From Balanoglossus misakiensis (Eukaryota > Animalia > Hemichordata), in contig CM082582.2 in NCBI GenBank assembly GCA_040954595.2, positions 13,824,154-13,888,153 on the forward strand: a DNA stretch of 64,000 nt. Direction: 5' to 3'. A program made the translations under genes and the position numbers. Under the pieces are notes generated by a model, which saw only the letters and a program-made list of their open reading frames with translations, ran no database searches and was not told where the DNA came from. Shown one piece after another: positions 14,301 through 25,400 of this stretch (the stretch's first letter is position 1; every line of letters begins with the position of its first letter).

Positions 14301-17300
14301 GAACGACGAGAGTGGACCTATAAACCGGGGATCGCGGTGCACAACATCGTTGGCGCGCATACATACGTGCAGACTACACAAACACAAGTGGGGAAATATT
14401 GAACAGGAAAATAATCTCACAAGAAATAATAAGTTTAACGATTTTTTTCTTGAAATTCTATTGCCTTAAATTCATTTCACATCAATATTTAGTATGCCTG
14501 CTTCCGAAGAAGCCGGTCAATGCGGAAGTAAACAATAATTACGATGATGAACTTGAATGAACTCATCAGCTCCACTTTTTTCCCACTTGTTTTTATACCT
14601 CTACATTTCAGCCACCTTTTAATTTGCTCAACAGAGTGCTTCTCAACAGATGCATATGCAAGCTTTGCACCAGGAACATTCAGTGAAATTGGTTCGGTCG
14701 ACGCCGGCATCATAATGTAAACAAACAAAGCTCGCTCAGCGCAGCCAGCTGATGGGGCGGTCCTGGGGGCAATCGACGCGTACCCGCGACTTTGTCCGCA
14801 TTTTCGAACTCATGAATATTCATTAGATGTTGATGACGTAAACCCTGAACTGTGCTTGCAGAGTAAGGAAACATTGACAAAAAGTTTTAGGGTTTTTTTT
14901 TTTTCGGATTTCGACAAATAACACACGCACTAAAACAAAGCAAAGCGTTAGAAGTCCGTTTTATCATACGTTATTATATGTACATGTATGTACTGATTTC
15001 ATGCCAAGATCAAGTTTTCATGACTTTATATTAACCATTTATTTTGCCAGGTCCAGGTCTCGTGTTTGTCGTTTATCCTGAAGCCATAGCAACGTTGCCA
15101 GGGGCAACTTTTTGGGCAATCATCTTCTTCCTCATGTTGATTACACTGGGACTGGATAGCTCTGTAAGTTCGTTTTCGCTTTCCAAAATACAAAAATGTA
15201 TATATCTATGTCTCGTTCAGGCCATATCGTAACTCCGATTTCAGAATGTGACGACGTGGTAAAATATTGTTAAAATGTGTTATGTATATGTCGCACGATT
15301 CTTTCCAGTGATTTTCCTTAATTTTGTGGTTTCCAATATTTTCTGCTGTAATTTTAGATGGGTGGTCTAGAAGCCGTTATGACAGGATTAATCGACGAAT
15401 TCCCAAAGTTGAAGAATAAGCGCGAACTTGTTCTGGCTGTTGTAGTGTCTTCGGTTTTCCTGGTTGCCCTTGTCAACGTCACGTACGGTGGAATTTACGT
15501 GTTTCATATGATGGACAATTTTATGGCTGGCACCTCTCTTCTGTTTGCTGTGTTATTTGAAGCAGTGGCAGTGTCATGGTTCTACGGTTAGTTGTGTAAT
15601 TAAATCAAAAACTAGGTCCGCTCAAACACGAGACTATTCTGAGATCACACCCTGTTTTAAATGCTTAAGACTTCAAGACAATCTCTGAGATGGAAAGATC
15701 GTAATTTACGCGGAAAAATAGCCCGAAACTAGAAATATTGCAATGTATTTCAGTGCTGTTACTGAGTCATTACGTGTTGCTTGGGTAAATGATCAAAGGT
15801 GCGTCCAATAATGCAACAGAAAATAATCACGTATAGATAAAAATGTTCGACCTACTTGTGATTTTAGCTGTCTAAAGCCAAGCTTTTGAATTATCTCATG
15901 CAAACAAAACATTACTGCAATTTCAAGACTCATGCCAAGAATTTATATTTATCGAGACTCATTTTCAACAAGTTTTGCATGTATTCATATCTGTATACAG
16001 GAGTTGACCGATTTTCCCACGACATCAATAAAATGCAGGGATTTAAGCCTGGGCTCTGGTGGAGAATACTGTGGAAGTTTGTCAGTCCATTGTTTCTCTT
16101 GGTAAATACTACTTTTTAAAAATTGTCACCTGTAACATGCTCGGTCTTAATTTTATTGTAATGGATATGTATTTCCAGAAATACGTTCAAGTTGTTCAGA
16201 TTTCTAAAGCCATTACAACAACTAACATGTCTACACTGTCATTAGATTGTGGAAAAGAGTTTATCGAAGTCCAATTCATGACATCATCAATATGCCAAAG
16301 TCAATGTTTTGTTTTAACATTGTACATTGTTTGCATATTCAAAGCCATTCCTCGGATGTTCTCCATCAAATTCACTCTTCATTGAAATATAGACAAAACG
16401 ACATGAGGTACTTGAGCGAATGTCGTGCTATTTTGCAATGCAATCTCACATAACTGCTAGTCGGTGTCGTCATATCTTTGATAAAGTGCTTCTATACAGA
16501 GAACCATCATAGTTCAAAGTGCCCGAAATGTTTTCTTTAAAAGTTGGCTCTATGCTTACATTTTAATGTAGGTCCATTACTTTCGGATGCACGTAACATT
16601 TCCAGTTTCATGCGTGTCTCAGACCACAACAGATCGCTTTATATAAGTCCGAGTTCTAGTTTTACTACAGTAACTTCTTATTTCCAGTGATTTATAACAT
16701 TGCAATTTACCATCTTCTTTGTTGCAGTTCATTGTTGTTGTCAGTATCACGCTTTACCAGCCGTTAGAATATGACGAATATATTTATCCGCAATGGGCCA
16801 ACGTGGTTGGGTGGATGTTGTCTGTATCATCCATGGTACTGATACCAGCCGTTGCCATCTACAAAATAGCCGCCGAGAAAGGATCTTTGAAACAGGTATG
16901 ACAACCTGCATGTCATTTTCTAACCAAGCTGTCCCTGTGTAAGTTTCAGTAATCACGTGTTTCAGTCGCCATATAATAATAATAATAATAATAATATTTC
17001 TTTATTTCAGGATATAAAAATCCCATAGTGACAGATATATAAAAAAGAAAACACCACATAAAAAAATAATAGAAGAATATTAGGAACAAAGCCATCATTC
17101 TGAAATATAAACCTCTCTCCGTGAAACTAATTTTCTTATACATGAGTCAGCAACCACAATTTTTACTGCTGTTACACATCATAGGTAGACAATGCCCGGT
17201 AGACGATTGGCCTACACACGCACATAACCTCTTGGTAACCTCGCATACAAATGAAAGACTTGGCATCAATATCAATACATTACTAAGAATAGCGCATTTA

Positions 17301-17788
17301 GGATTTACAGTTACATTTGATACAAGTGGTACGTCATATAAGGAGTTGAGTTACCCCGTTGGATTTTCTAATGCTTGTATTACGACCATTTTCTTTTCTC
17401 AGAGGATAGCACTGGCACTCACACATGAAAATGAACGCGACATTGTCAAAGAAACTTGGAACGTAAAACAGTACAAGGTAAGTAAAAACCTCGCACGGAC
17501 TAAGTAGTGCATGTTAGGCAAACTCTGATTAGCATGCAACTGCTATTTGCATATATTTCATCAAGATGCTTGGTATGTATAGTCACTTGTTAGGTATTCT
17601 ACATGCCAACATATCACGTTTAGATATATCTGAAACGAACGCTGAATCCGAATCAGTATCAAAGACCGAGAGATTGAACTCAGATCCTGTCATTACTTGT
17701 AAGAGAAGAACGCCCCGGATTAACCGAAACCACTAACATTTGTATAAATTCTATCTTTTTTCAGCGAAAACACTGGCTGGCAATTTAA
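8348..17788 (+). CDS. SLC6A2: Sodium/chloride-dependent monoamine transporter, SLC6 family (noradrenaline/dopamine/octopamine transporter-like), about 666 aa, 13 coding exons
   Basis: Exons joined by hand at GT-AG sites: 8348-8753, 10005-10136, 10430-10679, 11035-11173, 11702-11836, 12145-12248, 12778-12902, 15051-15163, 15358-15586, 16001-16101, 16728-16895, 17403-17477, 17765-17788. Total 2001 nt, open frame. Motifs: [39 protein letters not shown] (TM1 with the monoamine-binding Asp), [10 protein letters not shown]2 Cys pair, [46 protein letters not shown], and C-terminus RKHWLAI*. The symbol marks the closest-looking vertebrate paralogue; orthology is untested. An acceptor AG at 8324-8325 implies an upstream 5' UTR exon. 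Confidence 0.93.
9821..9868. repeat. (CTGA)n microsatellite in intron 1 of the SLC6 gene
   Basis: ctgactgactgactgattgactgactgactgaatgactgactgactga read directly. Confidence 0.85.
11237..11445. repeat. Purine-rich (GA/GGA) low-complexity tract in intron 4 of the SLC6 gene
   Basis: About 200 bp almost entirely G/A on the + strand. It generates the spurious Pro/Ser/Leu-rich minus-strand ORFs. Confidence 0.8.
12975..13591 (-). mobile_element. About 600-bp non-autonomous TIR element (MITE); second copy at 27962-28598 in opposite orientation
   Basis: Internal inverted repeats GCGGAAGTGCGGAAAATGACCAGACGA (about 13008) and TCGTCTGGTCATTTTCCGCACTTCCGC (about 13536). The body is a close reverse-complement match to 28030-28560, for example ctgtaccagaggaacatagacgcttcaga vs tctgaagcgtctatgttcctctggtacag. 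Confidence 0.85.
13830..14108 (+). pseudogene. THAP zinc-finger (C2CH) domain, N-terminal fragment of a transposase
   Basis: [18 protein letters not shown]...FFIRFPKP...[11 protein letters not shown]...[21 protein letters not shown] has the THAP C-x4-C...FP...W...C-x2-HF...P signature at the N-terminus. No downstream DDE domain remains inside the element. Confidence 0.8.
14489..14713 (-). pseudogene. SAP-like DNA-binding motif fragment, probably the N-terminus of the second (nuclease-type) transposon ORF
   Basis: [50 protein letters not shown] fits the SAP pattern (V.ELK..L..RGL..SGKK.EL). The similarity collapses after about 14560. Confidence 0.65.
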
Positions 17789-19387
17789 ACCGTGTTTTAA
17801 TATCAACTAATGAAACATCTTCTTAAACTGAGACCCAATCTGTATGTATGGTTACAATGGATGTGGTACAGTCCATGATGAACCAATGTGGAAAATTATC
17901 TGCTGAGACAAATAACGCTGAAGTGTTTGATGAAGGACTGATGCATGAATGATTGTATAATACAAAATCATAAACGTCTTCTTATGTACACAATAGCAAT
18001 TTGCATTTTATGAAAATCTCTGCAAATCAGATTATCAATTATCGTATCATTTAATAGTATTCAAATCAAATGATTTGTTACATCATACAGAGGGAAAAAT
18101 CCTAAAACGAAGCTGGATCGTTACCAGTCAAATAATGCATTGCGGCCGCTTTATACGGACTGACCAATCACAATTAAGCTTAGCATAGGAAACGTCCCCT
18201 ACTGTTCTGTGTTTACTCTTGATTTTGAACTGATCGTGCCAACCAATATAGACGATGTCAACGCCATATATAATCGAAGATGGAATGACATTTCCCATTT
18301 TGTAAATAGCGATTTGAAGAAAGCATTCACTGTTTCTAATCATCTACCAGATGGAAAGTCATCTATTGCTAATTATTAGTCTCTTATATCGACCAGCATG
18401 ATATGAAATGGAAAACGACTGCAGACATTTAATCACGAGGCATTCTCACTCGTTATCTCTATATAGAATCATAAGATTGATCAGGTACACGTGACAGTTG
18501 TCCTATTAAAAATCGAACAAATCAAGTTTATGTACTGACTCTCTAGGAAGAAAAATCAAACATCGTGGAATGACGCTAAATTGTCATGTCATATGGGCCA
18601 ATCACAAGTCTTAAATCTACCTCAGTTAGCTTCGGGCGATATCTGACTTCAATGTTATGTCTGTATAGATTGGTTAATACTTCAGTGTCAAGACAGAAAA
18701 CAACTTCTTTGACCTTTGACATCTCTTGTATATATTATTCACTTATGTTTACGCCTAAAACATTTATGTTACGAAATGTAAGTTAAACCCCATGAGTACC
18801 ATTATCAAGTACAGTGTATATTTTAATTTTTAGATGAGTTGATTATGCGATAAAAAAAGGATTTATATTATATTAATTGAAAAGGTGATAATGGGTTGAT
18901 GTGTAGACAAAATATTTTTTCATTTATTACTGTTTGTGCACTGCATATAAGTTTTTTTGCCATTTCTGAAATTGGCACACTGTATAAAAATATGAACAAC
19001 TGAAATCTTGCGAATTATCAGACCCTGTAACAGGCACTGTAGACTAAATACTGAACAGAGCCCTTTTCACACATCCATATTTCAAGTCCTGTGTAAACAG
19101 CACTGAATAGTCAGAAATTATATCACTGTATGCAGCCCTGCTATACCAGGCCTTTTCATACAGTTCTGAAATCGGTCTAATTATTTAAATCGTGTAACAG
19201 ATTGCGTTTCTCAGGTTACTGACCAGTGTTACAACAATGTCGTGTAATCTGCCTTCAGTTTTCTCGCTGTGTAGACGCTTAACGTTTTCAATAATAATAC
19301 GTCATTTCTTTTTTTACACATCTATGTAAATTTGCGTCAATTTTAGGACGCAACTTTGGTAATAGTATCTAGAACCTTTTATGAGTA

Positions 19388-19393
19388 AATAAA
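19388..19393 (+). terminator. Candidate polyadenylation signal of the SLC6 gene (implies a 3' UTR of about 1.6 kb)
   Basis: AATAAA followed by GT-rich sequence (gtgacacctttgtgtcgtgttttgt), about 460 bp before the GST start codon. Confidence 0.4.
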
Positions 19394-19850
19394 TATTCTG
19401 ATTCATAGTCTCAGACTTTCGACTGGTTGTGACACCTTTGTGTCGTGTTTTGTACTAGGAAGCCCATCAAGCCAAGTATTTTGGTCCCCTCAAGTCATGT
19501 TAAAGATGGTCGACATTGCACCAAAGTATATCTTTCTGGCAGTCGAGCGCCGTACCCCGTTTCCATCTGCCGAAAATAGTCTCGAGTAAGCTCCTGGTCG
19601 ATGACAGTGATCTGTTCTTGCAGACGTTTACAGGCTAAGCAAATGTCTGTACTGTAGATTTCCTGTTTCGACAGTCTTTTGAAATCCAATAAAAATCCGC
19701 GTATACTTTACAAAAAACTTGGATATAGTCACATAATCGCCCACAAATATTTCCCCGATACCATTCCAGCCCCTCCAAAAAGATCGCCATCAGTTTCATC
19801 CCTTAAAGGTCAGGGTACGTAATCAGGGTCAACAAGTACACTTCAACAAA

Positions 19851-22176
19851 ATGGCGTCTGAAATCTTTCTAATCTGGGGCTCTGGAAGTGGACCATGCTG
19901 GCGTGTCATGATTACACTGGAGGAGAAGGGATTGCATGGCTACGATAATGAAATGATCTCCATGGAAAGACTGCGAGGGGCAAAAGAAAAGCCCGAGAAT
20001 CTGTTGAAGATAAATCCAAGGGCACAGGTATGGAACGGTCTACAGCTTATCGTTTTACGTTAACTTTACTCTATTTCTCTTTGAAATCATGATATTTTAT
20101 CCATGTTTGAGAGCATTTGGTCAGATTTGCTCTGTATGAATTTGTCCATGTTTAGCAGTCAGTGTTTCCTTCGGTCTGGCAAAACGTTTTGATTCCAATG
20201 TTTTAAAAATACGACTTTTCTAGACAAAAAACCGTATCACACAATTTCGGCAGGGGCGGGGGGCAGAGCGATATATATATATATATATTTATGGTGCCAG
20301 CTGTTGATATAGAAATGCAGACGAGGACTTGACTGTGCATGTGCAAGATCACCATCCAAGATAGAAACACGTAAAGCCTTATTCTTTCCCATGTACTACA
20401 TTGAGACTTATGTCTTTTTTTATTGAAGAAGCAACATTACTGCTTGATTGAGAAACATATCTGTTATTTCAAGTCGTGTGTTTGCACTCGCGTCCGTTTG
20501 TAACACAGGTGGCCTGAGGAATAACCTTTATAACCCTTAAGCTATGTCCCTGATTGGTCAATTATACTGCGCCATCCTGAACTATAACCTGTACTGATAA
20601 CGTGTGTTTGCACTCGCGTCCGTTTGTAACACTGGTGGCCTGAGGAATAACCTTTATAACCCTTAAGCTATGTCCCTGATTGATCCCGAACTATAACTTG
20701 TACTGATAACAGTATCACGTTTGAAATTGGGTTGTACTAACCATTACGGGCAACTGAACCACAAAGTAAGCAAAACGATTGATTTCATTCAACAGGTACC
20801 AGCCATGAAGCATGGTGACGTTGCTATCAACGAGTCACTTGCTGCAATGATATACCTGGAGGTAAGTATAGGGGCTGGTCCGTTTTTTCAGACTGGGGGT
20901 GGTCAATTTTTTAGTGTATGTCAAGAAAAGACGCACAATGAAAACAAAACAGGGCGACTCTCCCCTCAGTGTTCTCTCAGAAAGTCATAAACATAAAATT
21001 ATGTTCACTGTTGTGACAATTATACTTTATCAGAAATATATCCTTGTCTTCAGAGGACAACAGTTTGCAATCACTGTGCCTGAATGACCTTACTCCGACC
21101 TTCTCACAATTCTCCCTACATTCGGAGATTGCACACAAGTGGACAACACACGATATTGATAGTGATTTGTCAACTTTAGTTTATGTGAACCATTTGACCT
21201 TCAATCAAATTCGTCGAATTCTCAAACTTAGCAAACATATCCAGATCAATGATTTGATTTGATTTACATTCGAATGATTTAGGATACATTTAAAAGCCAA
21301 GGCACACGCTTGTTGCCGGAAAGCCGCAAGGAAAAGGCACTGGCGCTCCAAAGAATGGCCGAAGTGGTTAATTTGGAAAGTAAACTGTACGGACTGGTCG
21401 GCTATATGATGATGAACAAAGGTAATCTAGATCAGGTATGATGATGTTGGATTCTACACAAAGTCTCTGTGTTTTAATGTCATAAGTTACCGACCGACTA
21501 TGTTCATTTAAAATGATGATGACGGATGTGGTGGTGGTGGTCGACGTTACCTCATGTGGTGTGATGTGATATTCCTGATTTTTCTTCAGACAAAAATTGC
21601 GAAACTCAGAGAAGAATTAAGGAATGAAATTAAAATATGGGATGGCTATCTAAGAAAGGTATGAATGAAACATTACCATAACATATTACTAACTATAGCG
21701 TTGTTTTTCTCTGCATTACACTTATTTGTACACTAATCGTGTCCGTAAGGGCTAATAGAATCACATGTGAACTGAATGTACTTCTGTGATTTGGAAAAGT
21801 TTTAGTTCATTAAACATGGAAACTTGAAGTGACTGTTTATTTAAATTATATTGCTAAATCCGGAGGTTGTTATCACCTTTGATTAATTTGATATTTATTT
21901 CAAAATCTGGTAATACAGTGCGTCTTTAATTGTTGTTTTTGTACCATACAGCTTGGCGACAACAATTACTTGGCTGGTCAAGACTTCACTTTGGCAGACT
22001 GCGCGGTATTTTCTGTGATTGGAATGCTGCCACGCCAAGGAGTGGACCTGGAGAAACACGCCCCCAATCTGGCCAAATACTACAACATCGTCAAGGGCCG
22101 CCAGTCAGTGCAAACGTCGTGGCCACCCCACTTCAAGACAACACCCAGTCCTAATTTTTTGAGCGACTTGTTCTGA
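19851..22176 (+). CDS. Glutathione S-transferase, rho class (GST-A-like), 229 aa, 5 exons
   Basis: Exons 19851-20027, 20796-20861, 21283-21435, 21590-21658, 21952-22176, all phase-0 GT-AG, 690 nt in total. Motifs WGSGSGPCWRVMITLEEK, INPRAQVP, NESLAAMIYLE, FKSQGTRLLP, YLAGQDFTLAD and SVQTSWPPHF match rho-class GSTs as recalled (LLWGSGSPPCWRVMI.LEEK...NPRGQ.P...SWPP). Confidence 0.92.
20475..20709. repeat. Tandem duplication (126 bp + 109 bp) in GST intron 1
   Basis: Units 20475-20600 and 20601-20709 both start CGTGTGTTTGCACTCGCGTCCGTTTGTAACAC and end GTACTGATAA. The second lacks about 17 bp. Confidence 0.9.
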
Positions 22177-22427
22177 AGTGTTTTACACACATACACACAG
22201 TACCATGCAGACATAGTCAGTAGGGAACATTCATTTGTCTGTTGTATTGTATTGTTTGTTTACTGCGCATTCAACAACTCAATGTTCACTTACCATCAGG
22301 CTATAGTAAAATGATGACATGAAATTCTCAATGAACAATATATGGTAGTTTCATAGCGCAATGTGTCAGAGAACGAGAAATCTTCTTTAAAACAGTGATA
22401 TACCAATTTGTTTGGCAAGGAATGACC

Positions 22428-22433
22428 AATAAA
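22428..22433 (+). terminator. Candidate polyadenylation signal of the GST gene
   Basis: AATAAA about 250 bp downstream of the TGA stop. Confidence 0.5.
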
Positions 22434-25400
22434 AATGTGCATTCTATAGTATACACTATTAGCGACGTCTTGTGTTCAATTTTGTGCGAAGAGCTTTGGT
22501 GACAAAGGTGAATAAATGTTTCTCCCTCAAATTCAAAAGTTGTGATTGAAATACATAAAAACGCTTGTCGGTTAATTTGTCAAATAATTTTCGATATACA
22601 GAAACAGTCTTTACCACTAAAACCTTGCAATATGTACAGAGTTCATGCTTGAATATATTTGCTGTAATGTTGTAGTAATTATTTGTTTTGATGATTGCGC
22701 TTTCACGATCAAATTTTAAAGGTACGTGCAAAGCCTTTTTCAGTATTTTATTCCCGAGAGGTTGCACTCTGGCTGAGGCGCTTATAGTTCATCAACAGTG
22801 CATTACAGTATAATTGCATATTCCAACCGTCATATGTCGTTTTTGCTTCCATGTTCTCGCCTTCTAATAACACGTAATCATTGCGGCATCTTGTTTGTGA
22901 CATGTCCCACATCGTGATAATTACCTCCTTGTTAGTTTTCGCAATTATGAAATGAGTCACCCCTTTAATTAGTTTTAAATGTAATCAATCCATTTCCTAT
23001 CGACCAAATCAACCCGTTCCTGACGATGGTTGCGTGTTACCTTTTAGAAATTGACTTGGAATTTTATCAAATTATACCAACTTTGGTGGAAACATTTACT
23101 TCTCTTTTTGTATGATATGGCGCAAAGGTCACCGTACAAATTAGCGGCCAGTCTTTCAGATGTTCTGTGCTTTTACAATTAATAAAAGGCGCGTCTTCAA
23201 TCATCCTAGCAAGCAAAAGGTCTATCATTGAAAAAGCCGAAATTGCCAGGCAATTATGATAACAATCGACCTTTTTGAGACAGGCAGTCAGCCGTTAATC
23301 TTTAGAGAGCATCATAACACGGTGATTACACACTTTGTGGATATAAATGATGAATGTTTTGGAGAAAATGTGCACTGAAGAATGTTTTCTGTTCTTGTGA
23401 AATACCTGCGTATGAGTCAGTTGGGGTTAAGCACGCGGGTCCCTTCAACGAATATCACAGGGAATTTTACTTAAAGCATTATTACAGATATTTGTACCAG
23501 CACTGCATATTGATCAATTGTTAAAAGATATCAATGTTAATGTAGGATAGTGTATCTTTGTACGAATAATTCACAGTAAGCCTTGCCGAGGCTGGTTCCA
23601 AAGGGAGTTTCACACGTCTGTGGTGCCCTCTAGTGTCGACCGATAGCAACCTACATGCAAATCAATCACTACAGCATGCAGCACTATAGCGACCATTCAT
23701 TGGAGAATAATATAACAACTAACATCGCTTGTTACATATATTCATCTTACAGACAAGATTCTCGTCAAAGGTTGAAAGGTAGGTAGGGAAAATCTAACAT
23801 TACCATTTGCATGTCATGAATGTTGTGTGCTCGTGTTTAGCGTAATTAACATTTTACGCTTGCATGTATTGGTACGCTGACATCGCGACTTGTTGGGAGA
23901 AGCAACAACGTGTAGTAATGTTCGTGAGTAAATCTGCATAGACGGACCTTTTTGTCAAAAATGGTTGCTGTGATCAGTGAAATAAAAATGACTTTTACAG
24001 TGCCAAATAATTGAACATTGTCAAATAATTATTTTGCGGTACCCATTCAGCCAATGTATAAAAATACAAAACGAAACAAAATCACATAACGCTATAACTT
24101 ATTCATGTATTTTTGGCCGTAACTAATTAAAGGTGATATTTACAAGGTGAAAGTGACACTATGACTTGAAATATACCATAAATTATCGATTAATGTCAAT
24201 ATCATTACTTCAAAGATCACAAACTTATGCACATGTCATCATCTTCTCAGCTTTATCCCGTTATTTAAACAAACATTGGCATAAACATACATATATTTCG
24301 ACAGACATTAAAATTATCAGTACTTGATATCATGGGAAATGATTTATATTTACATTTAAATTATGCAACGCAAATGGATATTTCTACATTCAACACTCTA
24401 CTGGACAAAACCAGTATGAATCATACGAACAACTGCGATGGGAATAATACTAAAGCCAACGGGATTCGTGAAAGAGTATCCATTGTGTATTGCCACTATA
24501 TAAAACAGGACTTCGTGCAGAGTTCATTGAAATGTTAGTGTAGAGGCTGCTGATTTTATCTTCAAAATCTGTTTTCATCGCTTTGTGGTGCCACACGTGC
24601 ATGTCTAATTGAACAAGGACCGTATTGAAAGCTTATTTTTTGTGGCGTAAGGGCACTTTCAGAGTACAAGCGATGACCCTTGCTATAGTAGTAGCTGTAT
24701 TAATTACAGCTATAGAGACATAATCGTTGTTTACAAACCAGCTAGCAATATTGCAACAAATCAGTGCATGAATTCAGTGAAAAGAAAACTGAGAGGTTAT
24801 TTCACGGCGTTACCTCCGATATTGACAATTGTGACTCAAATTGTTTCTAATAACGACGTTCGTTCAAAGAGAAAAAAAAACATTATTGTCATTTAACACT
24901 ACATAATATGTAAACTGCAAATATTATTTATCCTTGAACTGCAAATATTTGCCTAAAATAAAAATTGTTGCCCAATATAACTGCTTATCTGTCAGTGCTA
25001 AGACTGTTCAAATAACGTCTTTATGAAATATTGTGTTTTCCGTTGAATATTAAGGTCGGTTGCCTCGAATGACATACGAAATAGAATGGCATACTGCGAA
25101 CTTTATGGTTCTATACATACAGTACTTAGCAAATGCAGCTTACCACAAAATACATGATTCGAACATGTGCTGCACAGGGGAAGGCCTATGAATTTACAAA
25201 CAACATTTCAGTTCCATGTACACAACCTACAGACTAAAAATAATATATGCAATGATACCCCTAATTACAACACTAATGTAGTTTTGACAGCAGTAGATAA
25301 TCCGCTTATGATGAACTATGGTAAAACACATCAGAAATGGTATTATGGCTCACAGTATTGTGAGTTCAATTAGCGCATAATTCCGGGTTCCAAAATCATG

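Larger units (their letters stand above)
13652..14856. mobile_element. Internally deleted TIR DNA transposon with convergent THAP and SAP-like ORF remnants (ISL2EU/PIF-Harbinger-like)
   Basis: 17-bp TIRs with 1 mismatch: AGCACAGTCCAGGGTTT (13652-13668) and AAACCCTGAACTGTGCT (14840-14856). Subterminal inverted motif AAATGCGGACAAA (about 13724) / TTTGTCCGCATTT (about 14791). THAP ORF on +, SAP-like ORF on -. No clean TSD seen. Confidence 0.72.
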
